DNA from: Tubiluchus corallicola
Taxonomy: Eukaryota > Animalia > Priapulida
Assembly (NCBI GenBank): GCA_030141605.1
Contig: JAQGDQ010000112.1
Location: 310,001-374,000, forward strand
DNA length: 64,000 nt
Direction: 5' to 3'
Of this stretch, positions 45,696-58,378 are shown piece by piece; the stretch's first letter is position 1; each line of letters begins with the position of its first letter. The notes below the pieces were generated by a model. That model ran no database searches. It was not told the DNA's origin and was given only the letters and a program-made list of their open reading frames with translations. A program made the position numbers and the translations under genes.

Positions 45696-48273
45696 AGGAG
45701 AATTTACACTTCAGTCTACATAGCATTTTTCTGATCTATAGCCAAATTAAAGAGTGATGCCATAGTTTTACTCCTTTCTTATAATTTAATTTCTATTTAT
45801 ATTTTACCATTTTTTATAGTTTTATGCTTTCTTGTATTTTGTTTTTTTAGTTTTACACTTTCTTGTATTTTGTTTCTTTTACAATACAATCATATGTTCG
45901 ACATGGAAAGTAAGTGCTCTTTGCAATTGCTTTTGATTAGTATATGTATGACCTTTACTGTTCTTTATGTACATGATGTACCGTCAGCACTTGAAAAAGC
46001 ATTATTACATATTCTAGTTAATAATTGCATTGATCCATTCTTATATATGACAATTATGATAAAAATGTCTTTTTTGAGAGCATTCCTGGCAATTAGTGCA
46101 TGTGCACACTTGAAGAACTAATAAATTTAAGATTGTGTCTCATATAGTTGGTAACTGTGGATAATTTAAGTGATGACAGTTCTGTGGCCATCTGTGATAA
46201 TAAACTAATTTGTTTGCATATACATTATTTACTAAAAGCATTTATATTAGTCTTCAGTTATAATCATGATGGACACATTCTTATAATAAATAGTTGATGT
46301 ATTATTTATTCATAATATTTTTATTCAGATTAAGTTTTTGAAATTAAACGGAAAGTGTCTATTAGACTAGTTAAGCTATAACTATAGACACTGGGTGAAA
46401 AAAGTAAAATCGATTTTGCATTGCATGTGCTCATTTTGCAAAATTTTTATTACATGTACTATAGGTGTACTGCACTACTTAGTCTTCATAGAATGTTAAT
46501 GTGCAAAGTAGTCATGACATTAAATGTTTTTATTCAAATCCGAAGTTCAAAAAGAGCTGAAAATGAACATTTCTTGACCAGCCATCCTTGAGAATAAAAG
46601 TTACGAAGTAAGAGAAATTTTTTGATAAAAAAATAAAATGAAAAAGCAGTAATAAATTGATTAAAAACAAATAATAACCTAAAAAATACAAAAAATTGAG
46701 TAAAATTTTGATAATTGAACTAAGTTCCACAATTCTTGAATTAGATCAATAGTAATTAACTAAAGTACAAATAACATAATTGACACAAAATACAAGAGTT
46801 TCGCTACAATTAATGTGAGTGTAGGTCAAAGAAGTAAACAAAGTTATAAAAAGATACCACAAACAACCGACAATTTAAAAATAAAGCTGAATTAAAACAC
46901 CAGAAATCTAATTTAGATCAACTGTTAGTATCAGGCAGCTATGCAGAGAACAAAAAAGGGAATGCACTTCAGTTTTTTAATTCATTTGAGCATAAAGAAT
47001 ATAAATGACTATTATGGCATTTTATGAAGCGTACAAATGCCTTCATCTTTTCACGTGTTTGAAATAAAAGATCATTGAACTCATAACACATAGCTAAAAA
47101 CTTAGCTAACGTTTGATCATGATGGTTCCCCGTATTGAAAATTGAGAACGAAATGGAATGAAAATGCAGATGACGTATCGTACAGCGTGTCAATTTTAAA
47201 CGAATTTCATACTTAAAAAAAACAATTACACTTTAATTCTGCTCTTTACGTATTTAGTATTGACCAAAAGAAGGCCAAGACTGCGGTATTAGTTCCTGAT
47301 TAAACACATCGTAGAATCCGTAATGTCAGTTTTTATGCTACCTTAATTTTGGTTTAGTACCGGTAATCATAAAACCCGGCCTGAATGCTGCATTATCATG
47401 ATAGTTTTATTTTCAGCTTAAAAGTTTGTGTAGTTTTTTGTATTTAGTTGTTATTCGAGTGATTCGAACGAGACATCAGTCAAAAAATTATTTTATCTCT
47501 GAAGCCTCTTTTCGTCAATAAATAGTCAAAACTGACGGCTATACATTGCTAAACAAGTCATTTGTCTCCAGGGAGTGTATACACTTAACTGAATAAAATT
47601 CTTTTCGTTTAACAATTTCAAACTGTCTTTAATATCTAAGAAAATAAGACATCACATATGGTCATATCTGCTAAAACAGGGGGTTGGCCCTATATACTGC
47701 TGAACAATGTTAAATAAAAAAATGATTTTCGTGACGAATTGTCAGAAAGTGTTATAAGTTTAAATTGAATATTAAGACAATTTACGTCTAATTGAAGTAA
47801 ATTTTCTTGGTATAAGTATAACAATCTTTTTTTTCAAGGGCTCACTCTGCTCATATTATACAAAGGTCAGTTGAGCATGTAATGTTTTTTAATTTCTCTA
47901 TGCACATCACATGCACAAGTTGGATTAACGATGTTGCTTGTACCATCCGTGCATCTGTCACTGTTAAAATTATCATTCAGTTGCAAAAAGTCTACACTTA
48001 ATTATGTATGATGTACAGCCTTTGGATATTTGCCATACAAGTAGAAGTTTGGATGGCAGAAAAAGTTTAAATACTGTTTATATTTTTTGCAAAAACTGTC
48101 GATTGTATTGATCAGGCTGCTCTGAGGATTAACCACAGAATCATGTTCTTGAGTATTTTTTATGAAACAACATATATTTATTGTTTTGTTTACTAAATAT
48201 TGTTAAGTACTACAAATGCTAATAGTACTTTACTATGAAGCACTAAAAAGTGAAAACTTAACAAAATATACAG

Positions 48274-51200
48274 GCTCATTTGCCCTTTATTCTTTTTACT
48301 TGTGCATGGAAAAATCCCTTTTAAAATTGAGCCTGAAGATACTGCTGTTTTCCCCGGTGATGAAGTTGTGCTACCCTGTATGCTAACAGATGATAATGCT
48401 AATGCTGGGTCAATACATAATTATACTGTTTCCTGGTATTGGAACGATAATAAACTATCTGTAACAACAGAGGAAAACTTTACCTTTGTCGACAGCCAGC
48501 CTTTTAAAACTGGTATTTACAGTTTAAAAATTCTTCATGTAAATGAGCTCCAGCATAATGGTTCTTATCATTGCAAATATATTGGCACGTTGTCAAACGC
48601 AAATTCAAGTAAAGCCAAAGTAACAGTAGTTGGCAAGTAAATAATATAGTATTGCATTACAGAGAACCTTTGACATATAATATATATATTTTACATGTAA
48701 TTGGAACATACTGACATAGAACCTCAATGAGTGCCATAAATTATGTTAATCATGTCAAAAAGGGAAAACTACACTGTTCTAAGGCATTTAATTTACGCTT
48801 TGCTGGGGATACTAAATGATACATTTGGCAATAAAATACTTTTTCCACCGATACGATGACGATAATTTGTCTTTCAGGCGATAGAATACGATAAATTTTA
48901 TTTCAAAGGACAAGAATGATACTGAACGTTAGTTGTGCAAGGAGTCTCAGTGCATTGCAGCACGTTATTTTTACAAGCTGGATCTCGATTAATGTATAGA
49001 TACATATAATTTATGACAAAGTTCTGTTCTTTGTTTAGTCATGAAATATGATTAATATACAAGCTAAGACATATACATGTATTATGTGTAGATCTATTAC
49101 TACATAATAATTATATTTATTTATAATGCGAGCACAAAAATGCAACAATGCCTCTAAAAATATGCGTACAGCACTTGGCATTCAAATGCCAGTAAACCGA
49201 CTGAGGGCAGCTGCATTTGCACTAAGAAAGTACAAGAAGATATTCAAACAACCTTATAAATAACGGTTTTGTCAATTTTTTTGCGTAATTCTTGTACATA
49301 AATGAAAAAGCAAAGTCAAGTGTTTTTATAAATGTGAATGATACACACCAAATTCGATACGACATGTTATTCCTAGAATAACATTAGATACAATAACGAT
49401 ATTAATTTTTCTTATCGATACAATGATCGATAATTATCTATATGCATCATTATCGTTAACATCCATACTCTTTGCTCTGCATTTACAGCTTGTTTTTGGC
49501 AAATTTGTATCATATGAAAAAACTGTTGATTTTGACTAGTTTCTTTGCAAAGTGAGGTGACAAGAAAAATTAAAATTAAGGTTAATATGTCAACAGAAGT
49601 CCACTTCTACAGGTGGAAACTGAATTTGAATAATAAACAACGGAAATAACTATAAGAGGAACACCATACTTAATAAATATATATATATATATATATTTAA
49701 TTTTGTGTATATGTGTGTATATAGACATTTCAGTATATTTATATATGTAGTGAAAAAGAATATATTTAATAAATGAAATGAGAAAGTACTGTAGTTTAAT
49801 AATGAGATGTTTCTAGTTCTGCAAGAGCTTGCTATCAATCTTTAAGGATATAAGATAACTTTCCTTATTGCAGATTTCTCCATAAAAAATTATGACGTAC
49901 AAAGATAAAAAAATTAGAAAAATATATAAAACAATGTGCTATTTACAGGTATTCAGATTATACTATTAAATAAAATATGTTAGACACTAGCTTATGACCA
50001 TCCTCTTTTGCCATTTTTGCCACATTAAAGATTTTTATTTATACGTCACGGTTTACAATATTGAGAAGCACCAAATTCTGACTTAATCTATTCATTGCAA
50101 ATATTTTTATATATTATACATAGATTATAGATTATAATGTTATTGATTATATTTTCATGTGCTTCATTTAACCAACATTTGCTTTATACTTTTTTAATGA
50201 GAACTTTCCAGAATTTTTAAAAACTGAAAAGCTGAAAAATACATTGTGTTTCTCTTCTTATGATAAAGATATGATGAATAGCTTTGACTTTCAACTTCAT
50301 CCCGATGGAGATGCGATGGTGGTGATGTAATTGTAAAGTGTGCAGCAGACGGCAATCCTCAGCCTGGATATTATAAATGGAGCAAAGATGGCAAAGAAAT
50401 GTCGGAGACAAACAGATTCCTCAAAATACAATCAGTTGCTATGAAAGATGAAGGTTTATATAAATGTAACGCAAGTAATGACTTTGGCATTGAATTTGCG
50501 GAGCAACATATAAAAGTTTCTTTACTTCAGGTAATTTTTAATGATAAGCATGTCAGCAATGTTCTTGTATTGTTATTGTTGTTTACGTTTAGCAAAGTTT
50601 TTGCAATACAATATTTTATGCAACAAAAACTACATTTCATTCCATTTTCTATAGTGCAAAGCAAATCAGTGATCTACTATTCTTTGTAAAATTATATTTT
50701 AGAGAAGCCGTTAGTTGCATTGATGTCTGGACTAAATTTTGTTTGTCTTCTGTGTCGTGCCATCATAGCCATTGCTGTGTTCGCATATGTTAAGAAGATC
50801 TGGTGCTTCAAAGGTATTATACATTCCATTCGTTATAGCTGGAACTTATAACATTGAAATAATTCTTTTTTCACTTTATTTTATTTTTCTTTGAGTGTAA
50901 ACATGCATAATAATTTAATCATCAACATTATAAACACGCATAGAAAAAGGTGGTTGTTTACGGTGTGTGTTTGAATACAGAGATAAGCAGCACTGGGCCT
51001 GGTTAGCAAATGAAGCAGTGCCTTTATCAGAAAGCTAATTCTTGTTCATTTTCAAGCTAAAGTTTAACAACATATTCATAGTATCTGACAACAGTAAAAA
51101 AATTAATATGCATATGGTATATATAATTGTATATTTTTAAGAAGAATAACAACAACAACAAGAAGAAGAACAAGGAAGTGGTGGTGGTGGTGATGTTGAT

Positions 51201-52400
51201 AATTGGAGGTAAAAATTCTGTACATACGCCACATACATGTCGAGCAAACAGAGCAACGTACCCTATGAAAATGCAGCAACGTAAGTAAATACATATTTAC
51301 CTTTATGTGCATGCTGCTCCATATACAAGGTTTTTGAAACTTGGAAATATAAATATAAATGTTAAAATGTCCATTTAATTATTCTTTACACAAGTTCACC
51401 ATTTATTCTTCTTTAACGCACTTTATTATACAAATGCGCACTTTAAATTTTCACGGCACATCTACATTACCACTTTGCTAGTTATATACAGGGGAGTGTC
51501 TAGGGAGACTGGTGCCTATGGAAAGCACTGACAAGCGAAGTGAGAAATTAATTTGAGGTAAAATGAGATTATTAAGGAAAATAATCAAATCCAACCACTC
51601 TTCATTAAATAAAAGTTTTATTCAAATATATATTTAGGCTTTATATAAGATTTTTGTTTAAGTATATATCTAAGACTGTGTATTATATCCATAGTCATAA
51701 ATATTTAGCTGAGACAGACAGAAAGACTCATCAGATCATAAATTAAACTAAATTCTACTTAAGCCAGAGGTACCCAAACTGGTCTTACTGGTCTTACTTA
51801 ATGACTCTACTGCCCATTGCTACTGAGTATGAGCAGTGACAGTGAGAGGTCATTAGGTGGTCATGTACTATATTTTTGCATAATAATATACACAAATTGT
51901 TTAACAAGCTGGCCACCCTAGTGCTTACCACACACGTAAAAAGACAGATTAAGTGTATGGAGAAAATTCGTTTTTTTTTCAGAAACTGCAGATTGGCACC
52001 CAAGGCCATACCTGCTATACTCTAGATATGCCACTGGTTTTATATATATATGCTCAAGTTTCTTTGGACATGAGTATTTATCCATCTCCTAAAATTTAAC
52101 CATCCTCTTGAAATTTTGATAGTCTTGAACTGAACTATTTTACACTTAAATTTGACATTCTGCAAACACATGGAAACGGTGCATTGTGACAAAGTCAAAA
52201 AATTTGTGAGAAATTTTGTCAGTAATTTTTTTTTTGAAAATAATAACAATGAATTTATTTTGACCAGGTTTCTCTTACATCAAATCCAAACAACGTAGTT
52301 TTTGAAGAAACCATCAAATGGCAAGGCAGTCAGTGTTGCCTCCTGTGCAGAATGTACTGAATATTTTCGAGAAAAGGACAATATTATTCATTCATTCTAC
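48274..52400 (+). pseudogene. IgSF gene B2: D1 exon, frameshifted D3 exon, transmembrane exon and decayed cytoplasmic exons of a type I membrane receptor
   Basis: D1 ~48274-48632 (open, GC donor). D3 ~50269-50530 (VIVKCAADGNPQPGYYKWSKDG..DEGLYKCNASNDFG) with a frameshift near 50312. TM exon 50705-50813 (KPLVALMSG..AIIAIAVFAYVKKIWCFK). Candidate tail exons 50981-51001, ~51142-51280 (..TYATY..VPYENAA, with stops), ~51492-51538 and from 52268. The leader exon is deleted and I could not find D2 exons. Confidence 0.72.
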
Positions 52401-53185
52401 TCGCTTTTTTATAACAAAACACTAGAAAATGTCTTAGTCCCAATATCTATAATTTCCATATAAAGTCTATCAAAGTCTATCATACAATGGCCTTAAATTC
52501 AGGCACATAATATGTTTAGTGTAAATAAGCCACTACCACAACGTAGTGAAACTTGAAAAATCATTGAGCAAATATTGTAAATGTGATTTTAAGTATTCTT
52601 CACTGTGATTTTGTTATATTGTAGTAAATTATTTTATGTTTTTTGGTTTTGATTGGTTTTTTAGTTGTAGATGTTTTATATAAAGTGTACTATATTTTAA
52701 GTCAAATATTCATGTATTTATATTATTGCTTTAATAAAGTGTGGAATATTTGCATAAGTAAACTTGACAATTAAGTTTACCTAAATACCTATACATCAAA
52801 ATTAATAAAACGGGTGAAGTGGGCACTAAATATGCCATTAATAAATTTTTGAATATTTTCGTTATATCTAAATAGCTGAACCCAGTAGCTATAGATATAT
52901 TTATATATATTTTTGAAAGGTATATGCATTAGTATTGCGAATATGAGTTAAAATACTTCAGTTAACTAGACGAAATTACTATTAATAGTTTTATACAGAA
53001 TAAGAATTTTTCATATGTGGCCACCATATTAAGTACTGCGTCTAGTATATGATATACCATTTATCATTCTGGTTACTAAAGTAATGACATCATGCTAATT
53101 AAGATTGACAAAAAAATGCTTTTCCATGAAACTCTGTCTTATAAAGATTAGGCTACCAAATGTTTCTCATTAGGCAGTCTTGCGA

Positions 53186-53637
53186 TAACTATGTATCATC
53201 TTCTTGCAACCCAACAATAAAACATTCATCTTGTGTTAACTATGTATCATTTTCTTGCTCACCCAACAATAAAACATTCGTCTTGTGTTAACTATGTATC
53301 ATCTTCTTGCTCACCCAACAATAAAACATTCGTCTTGTGTTAACTAAGTATCATCTTCTTGCTCACCCAACAATAAAACATTCATCTTGTGTAAACTATG
53401 TATCATCTTCTTGCTCACCCAACAATAAAACATTCGTCTTGCGTTAACTATGTATCATCTTCTTGCTTACCCAACAATAAAACATTCGTTTTGTGTTAAC
53501 TATGTATCATCTCCTTGCTCACCCAACAATAAAACATTCGTTTTGTGTTAACTATGTATCATCTCCTTGCTCACCCAACAATAAAACATTCGTCTTGTGT
53601 TAACTATGTATCATCTTCTTGCTCACCCAACAATAAA
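53186..53637. repeat. Minisatellite, 52 bp unit, ~8.7 copies
   Basis: Unit taactatgtatcatcttcttgctcacccaacaataaaacattcgtcttgtgt starts at 53186, 53237, 53289, 53341, 53393, 53445, 53497, 53549 and 53601. Confidence 0.97.
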
Positions 53638-53995
53638 TACATCATAAATCACGGCTAAATATGCATATTATCAATCAGACATATCATCAATTGTTGTAAG
53701 CAATAGTGTTAAACTAAAAAGAATTTTACAAAAGTTAATTTTCAAAAATTGAATAAAAGACTATTATTATTACATATTTACATAGCATAAATTTAAAATA
53801 CAAAATAAAACTTCACAAATTCACATCGACAACGCATATGCACAAAACACGTAAAAATGACTTTATCACATGTATTTTTACAGTGAGCCTTTTTCATTTC
53901 TATTATTAGATGGACTTTACTACATACTGCTGGCATGTCCTATATAGATATAATCATTATTTGTAGCTATTTTATCATTTTTGTAAGGTAGCCTC

Positions 53996-55130
53996 TCATA
54001 ATTTTTGAGTAGTGTTCTTTAGTTTCTTTTTGAGATCTCTTAAGTTCATTGATGATTTTATTTCTTGAGGTGCTGAATTCCACATATTAACTGCATCTTT
54101 ATATATTGAGTTATGGCCCTGTTTAGTCTTTGTCTGAATTTTCTTTATGTTAAGTGTTCTTTTGTTTAAATGTTTATCTTTAATAAAAGGTATATAATTG
54201 TATCCGAATGGTTTGTTGATATTATGTATGTATTTAAGAACGAGCGTAAAGGCGTGGCATTGTGCAATGGATTTAGCTTTTCTGTTTGTCGTTGCTGAAT
54301 AGTTTTTATTTATTTGGTAACCAAGTACACGTTTTAAAGCATAATTTTGCATGAGGTCCAGTTTGGTTAAAAGATTTCTTGGCAGATTGATTAGTAGATG
54401 ACAGCCGAAAGTTAAATAAAGAAAGAACTTTAATTTTGTAGATTAATAATTTAGTTTTTATATTAAGTTAGCCTTTGAGGAAGCAAACACCTTGTTTCAT
54501 TTTTTGTATTTACTATGCTATTAACTTGATTGTCGCACTTTAATCTATTATTATTTCCATACCTAAGAATTTGATTTCTTTAGATTGATACATTGTTTGA
54601 TCAAGCGCGTTAAGTGCTATGCTATCAGTTTTACGTGCTTCGTTTGGGCTTAATAGCAGAAATACTGTTTTTTCAGGGTTCATTTTCAAGTTTGTGTGTA
54701 TGTGTATGTCTAAGCAATACCTTATATTATTGATTACTATATTTAAGTGTTCATCTACGTCTGTTATTGTATATATGTGGTGCCATTTCATTCTATAATT
54801 TATATTCAAGTCCATTTTGAACATTTCTACACGAATATATATGTCGACTAGGTACACATTTGACTTTATTTATGTGCTGTAGATTGTTATTTGTAATACT
54901 TATTACGAAATTGTGATTTGAGAAATGGCTATGTAATGAAGTGTGGACAAGAAGGTGTTTGTTTTGAGGTATCGTGTGATCATGCGTGTAGCTGTGATCC
55001 TTGTGGACGCTTTGTCATTTAATAGTACAATGTTCTGTATGTCTTTATATGTTTAATAGACAGGACTTGCTGGTTTAAGTGAGACATTGAATAAGCACGT
55101 TCTAATTCTAGATCAAGATGTTCTAAGAAG
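53996..55130 (-). mobile_element. Decayed non-LTR retrotransposon ORF2 (L2/CR1/Jockey-group)
   Basis: LKMNPEKTVFLLL..SKEIKFLGM (late RT motifs), MQNYALKRVLG and MWNSAPQEIKSSMNLRDLKKKLK (ORF2 terminus); PTRIT-like endonuclease remnant near 54990. Internally deleted. Confidence 0.82.
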
Positions 55131-55940
55131 AGATTTCATTGGGTGGCCTGTGAACTATGCATATTAAGTAATTTTTCACTTCGAGCCAGAAGCTTTCGAT
55201 TTGATGTGTTTTTATTTCCTTGACTTCGGTCTAACTATAATGTAACGGAATGTAAAGTGCAACACCACTCCCTCGTTTCTTCCTAAACGATCTTTTCTAA
55301 AAACTTTATAGCCTTTTAGGTCAGTTGACACACTAAGAATGTTGTTTTATTGAACCAAGTTTCACTCAGGCCAGTGACAGTCATTTCTTTTAAATGGAAG
55401 TGGTTTTTAACAAGGCTACGTATATTTAGCTGTAAAAACCTGGCTTCTTTCAGATATTTTAATAAAATGTTTTTGCATCGTCATTACTAAATGTTTTAAT
55501 ATTAGTTGGCCCTGGACTAATTAATTATGTAAAATCTATTTCGATTTATTGTCGGCATAGAAAAATCGATTAGTCATTGATTACTAATCGATTTCGATGA
55601 TTTAAAAAATCTACATTCATTGCTTTTGGATATACGATGATGTACTTTTTATCACTCCTACGTGCTTGACTGTTGACGGAAAAATTCATTGCCAATAATT
55701 TTTGACCATAATCAATTATCGATTACTGGTTGTGGATCAAAGAGATGTTTCTCCTTCCATCGATCGACGAGGTTATCTGTCCAAGAAACGCAGAAACAGC
55801 GTAAATATAGAACCTTGCATATACGATTGTATGCGCATTTAAAAGCTCTTGGGAAACATAAGCGTTGTTGGTTTTTCTTACACAGCAATTAATAACAGCA
55901 CCATGTTTGTAACGTGCTTACAACCTGCACGGGTTATCGT

Positions 55941-56336
55941 CTAACATATACCTCTAAGACAAGCCAGTGAATCATCAGAGGTTGTCCTAGTCAAGTTTAG
56001 ATGTACATCTCTTTTCAGGCGAGGATCAGGATGTGGCGCATGAAACCGCCCAATGGCAGTATGGGACCCAGGCAGCTCACAAAATTCTTCATTTGAAATA
56101 TGCTCGCCATCCATGCACTTGTCACTCGACAGCTTTCTGCAACCCGCTACTATATTTCCACCTACCAATTTTTTCCTTGATAATAACTGGTCGCGGATAT
56201 TTAATCGTGATTTTCTTAATTCTCCCCGCTCTTCTTTCTGTCCTGCAGAGAGATATTGGTTCAATTTAAAAACGTGCTTTCTTTTCTGAGATAAAACTGA
56301 ACCACCTATTGTCCTATTCATTACCGTTTGGAGCAA
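55941..56336 (-). mobile_element. Possible LINE ORF1 remnant
   Basis: HVFKLNQYLSAGQKEERGELRK resembles the 'VFIN.DLT..Q..ER..LR' ORF1 C-terminal motif and lies upstream of the ORF2 relic on the same strand. Confidence 0.35.
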
Positions 56337-56367
56337 TCGGTAATAGTGTATAGTATAGTTTATATAT

Positions 56368-56370
<3 letters not shown>

Positions 56371-56434
<64 letters not shown>
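56371..56434. repeat. (CA)n microsatellite
   Basis: Perfect AC run. Confidence 0.98.
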
Positions 56435-56436
<2 letters not shown>

Positions 56437-58378
56437 ATGTATGTATGTATTATGTGTATATGTTTATATAATACTTTATTGTAGGAAAAACATACACAAA
56501 ATGTACAGTAATGAATACAGTATACAAATAATTGCATGTGTATGTTCAGTCTTTGAAATGATGTTTTACAATAGTGTCAAATTGTTATTAAATTATACAT
56601 CATTAAAAACTTTTTTAATCCTATATGCATGTTTGTAAGTAAAAAAAACAGTTAAAATTTGCAATTCACACATTTTTACACGCAATTAATCATGAACTGA
56701 ACATATCAAGTATCGGTGGCTTTCAATTAAATACCATTAAGACGTTCACGTATAGTTGTAATCGTTTCTGATTGGGGTCAAAAGAAAAACGCCTGAGGCT
56801 TCTAAAATCTGGTACAGTCCCTAGCTAATGCACGCCGACACACTGCACAAGTTCAACGCCCTTTGAATTTTAAATATTTTTAGCCTAAGTTTTTCTTAAA
56901 AAATTAAAAGATGCGTGCGCGTCTGTGCGTGCGTAGGTGTGTGCGATATACTTTATTTGCCAAAAAATAAGTTCTCAAAAGAATTACATTCCTCGGTATT
57001 AAAAATATTTTCAACATTAAAACGCTATAAAGGCAAAAGCAGCCGGTGCAAAACTGTAAACTGCTAGTGCACAAAACAAAAACTAAAAGCAAAAATTCAG
57101 TAAACTCATTTACATAAATAGATGCAATATGTACATAGTACAATACATAGGCGCAATACGATATGTAATCTACAGTACATAATAAGATTTAATGTAAGAC
57201 AAAATTTACATTAATTTATTACAATATAGAACAATATGCCTGCAATATATACGTATAATAAGAAGAAAACGATGTATACTATAAGCTAGACATAAGTAAG
57301 TACTAGGCTTGGTTGCTTGAATTATTTTTATTTCGACAATATCGTTGCAACTATACGCGTACTCAGTTTTCCTACATGTATTCGAAACTAAATATATACT
57401 ACTAGTGACAAATTGACCATGCACCTAGCTCATTTGTGCTCGTATACATTAAACAGGTATATATGACCAAAGTAATTTTTTGCACGTTCAAATTGGCATT
57501 TCTATATGAGGACGATACAAACGGTAAGCCTGTATTAGATAAAGGTAGCAATAACCGGCGTTTCATGCAAGATTCACCACTCACAATTATCATAAACCCT
57601 GTGGCAGTTTTAGTGATTGTGACGTTGCCCCTACATGCACTGAGATGTCAAGTGAGGTACTAGTCTAATTTTTAACGACAAGACAGACATCATTTACAAG
57701 CTTTATGTGAAATCGCAACCAGTTAACTTATCCAGAAGAAACTACCGGAATATCAACTGCAGTAAGTAATCTAGATAACATTATTTTTGGCAGAGATAAA
57801 TACGTATAACTCTCATTACATCTTTCGCAGTGGTTAAGACAGATCGAAGTCGTTGACCTGTATGCTATAAATATAGGTTACCCTTAATTTTAGAAATTGT
57901 TATAACTGAAAGATATTAAAAAGTGCTTGCAAACGGAGCGCATATATGTATTATTCAGTCGTATTCCACAAGTATTAATGAAGTAAAGTGAACCAAGATC
58001 AAGTTAAAAGTAGTTGTAACAAAATTAATAAACTTTCCATACACGAGCCAGTAGCATTGTGCAACACCAGATTGTACTGCAAAACTTGCAACCTGCATTT
58101 CTATTGAGCTCTATAGGCTATACAGGCGATTAGACCAAGTGGGAATTTTGCGACACCTACGATTCTGCTTCTGAACCATACTGGAGTCTGTAACAAAATA
58201 TTCTTATTTTTAAGATTAATCTGGCTTTACAACAGTGAAGCGCTACATTACAACATTTTCACTAAACCCTTTCGTTCCCACAGCAATTACCAATACTCGT
58301 AAAATATTAGTACCTGAACAACAGACAACCGTAGTTTAATATTATTTTGTTAAAACCCAATTTTCAAACAGGGAAGAT

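Noticed and set aside
48640-50260. Expected D2 exons of gene B2
   Set aside because: No convincing C..W or D.G..L.C pattern with splice sites; either lost or too decayed to call.
50705-50813. Arg inside the B2 TM segment (VCLLCRAII) suggesting an adaptor-coupled activating receptor
   Set aside because: The shifted frame reads ILFVFCVV across the same bases, so compensating indels in a decaying gene explain the N and R more simply.
53186-53637. CRISPR-like array
   Set aside because: Units are contiguous with no unique spacers, there are no cas genes, and the context is eukaryotic.
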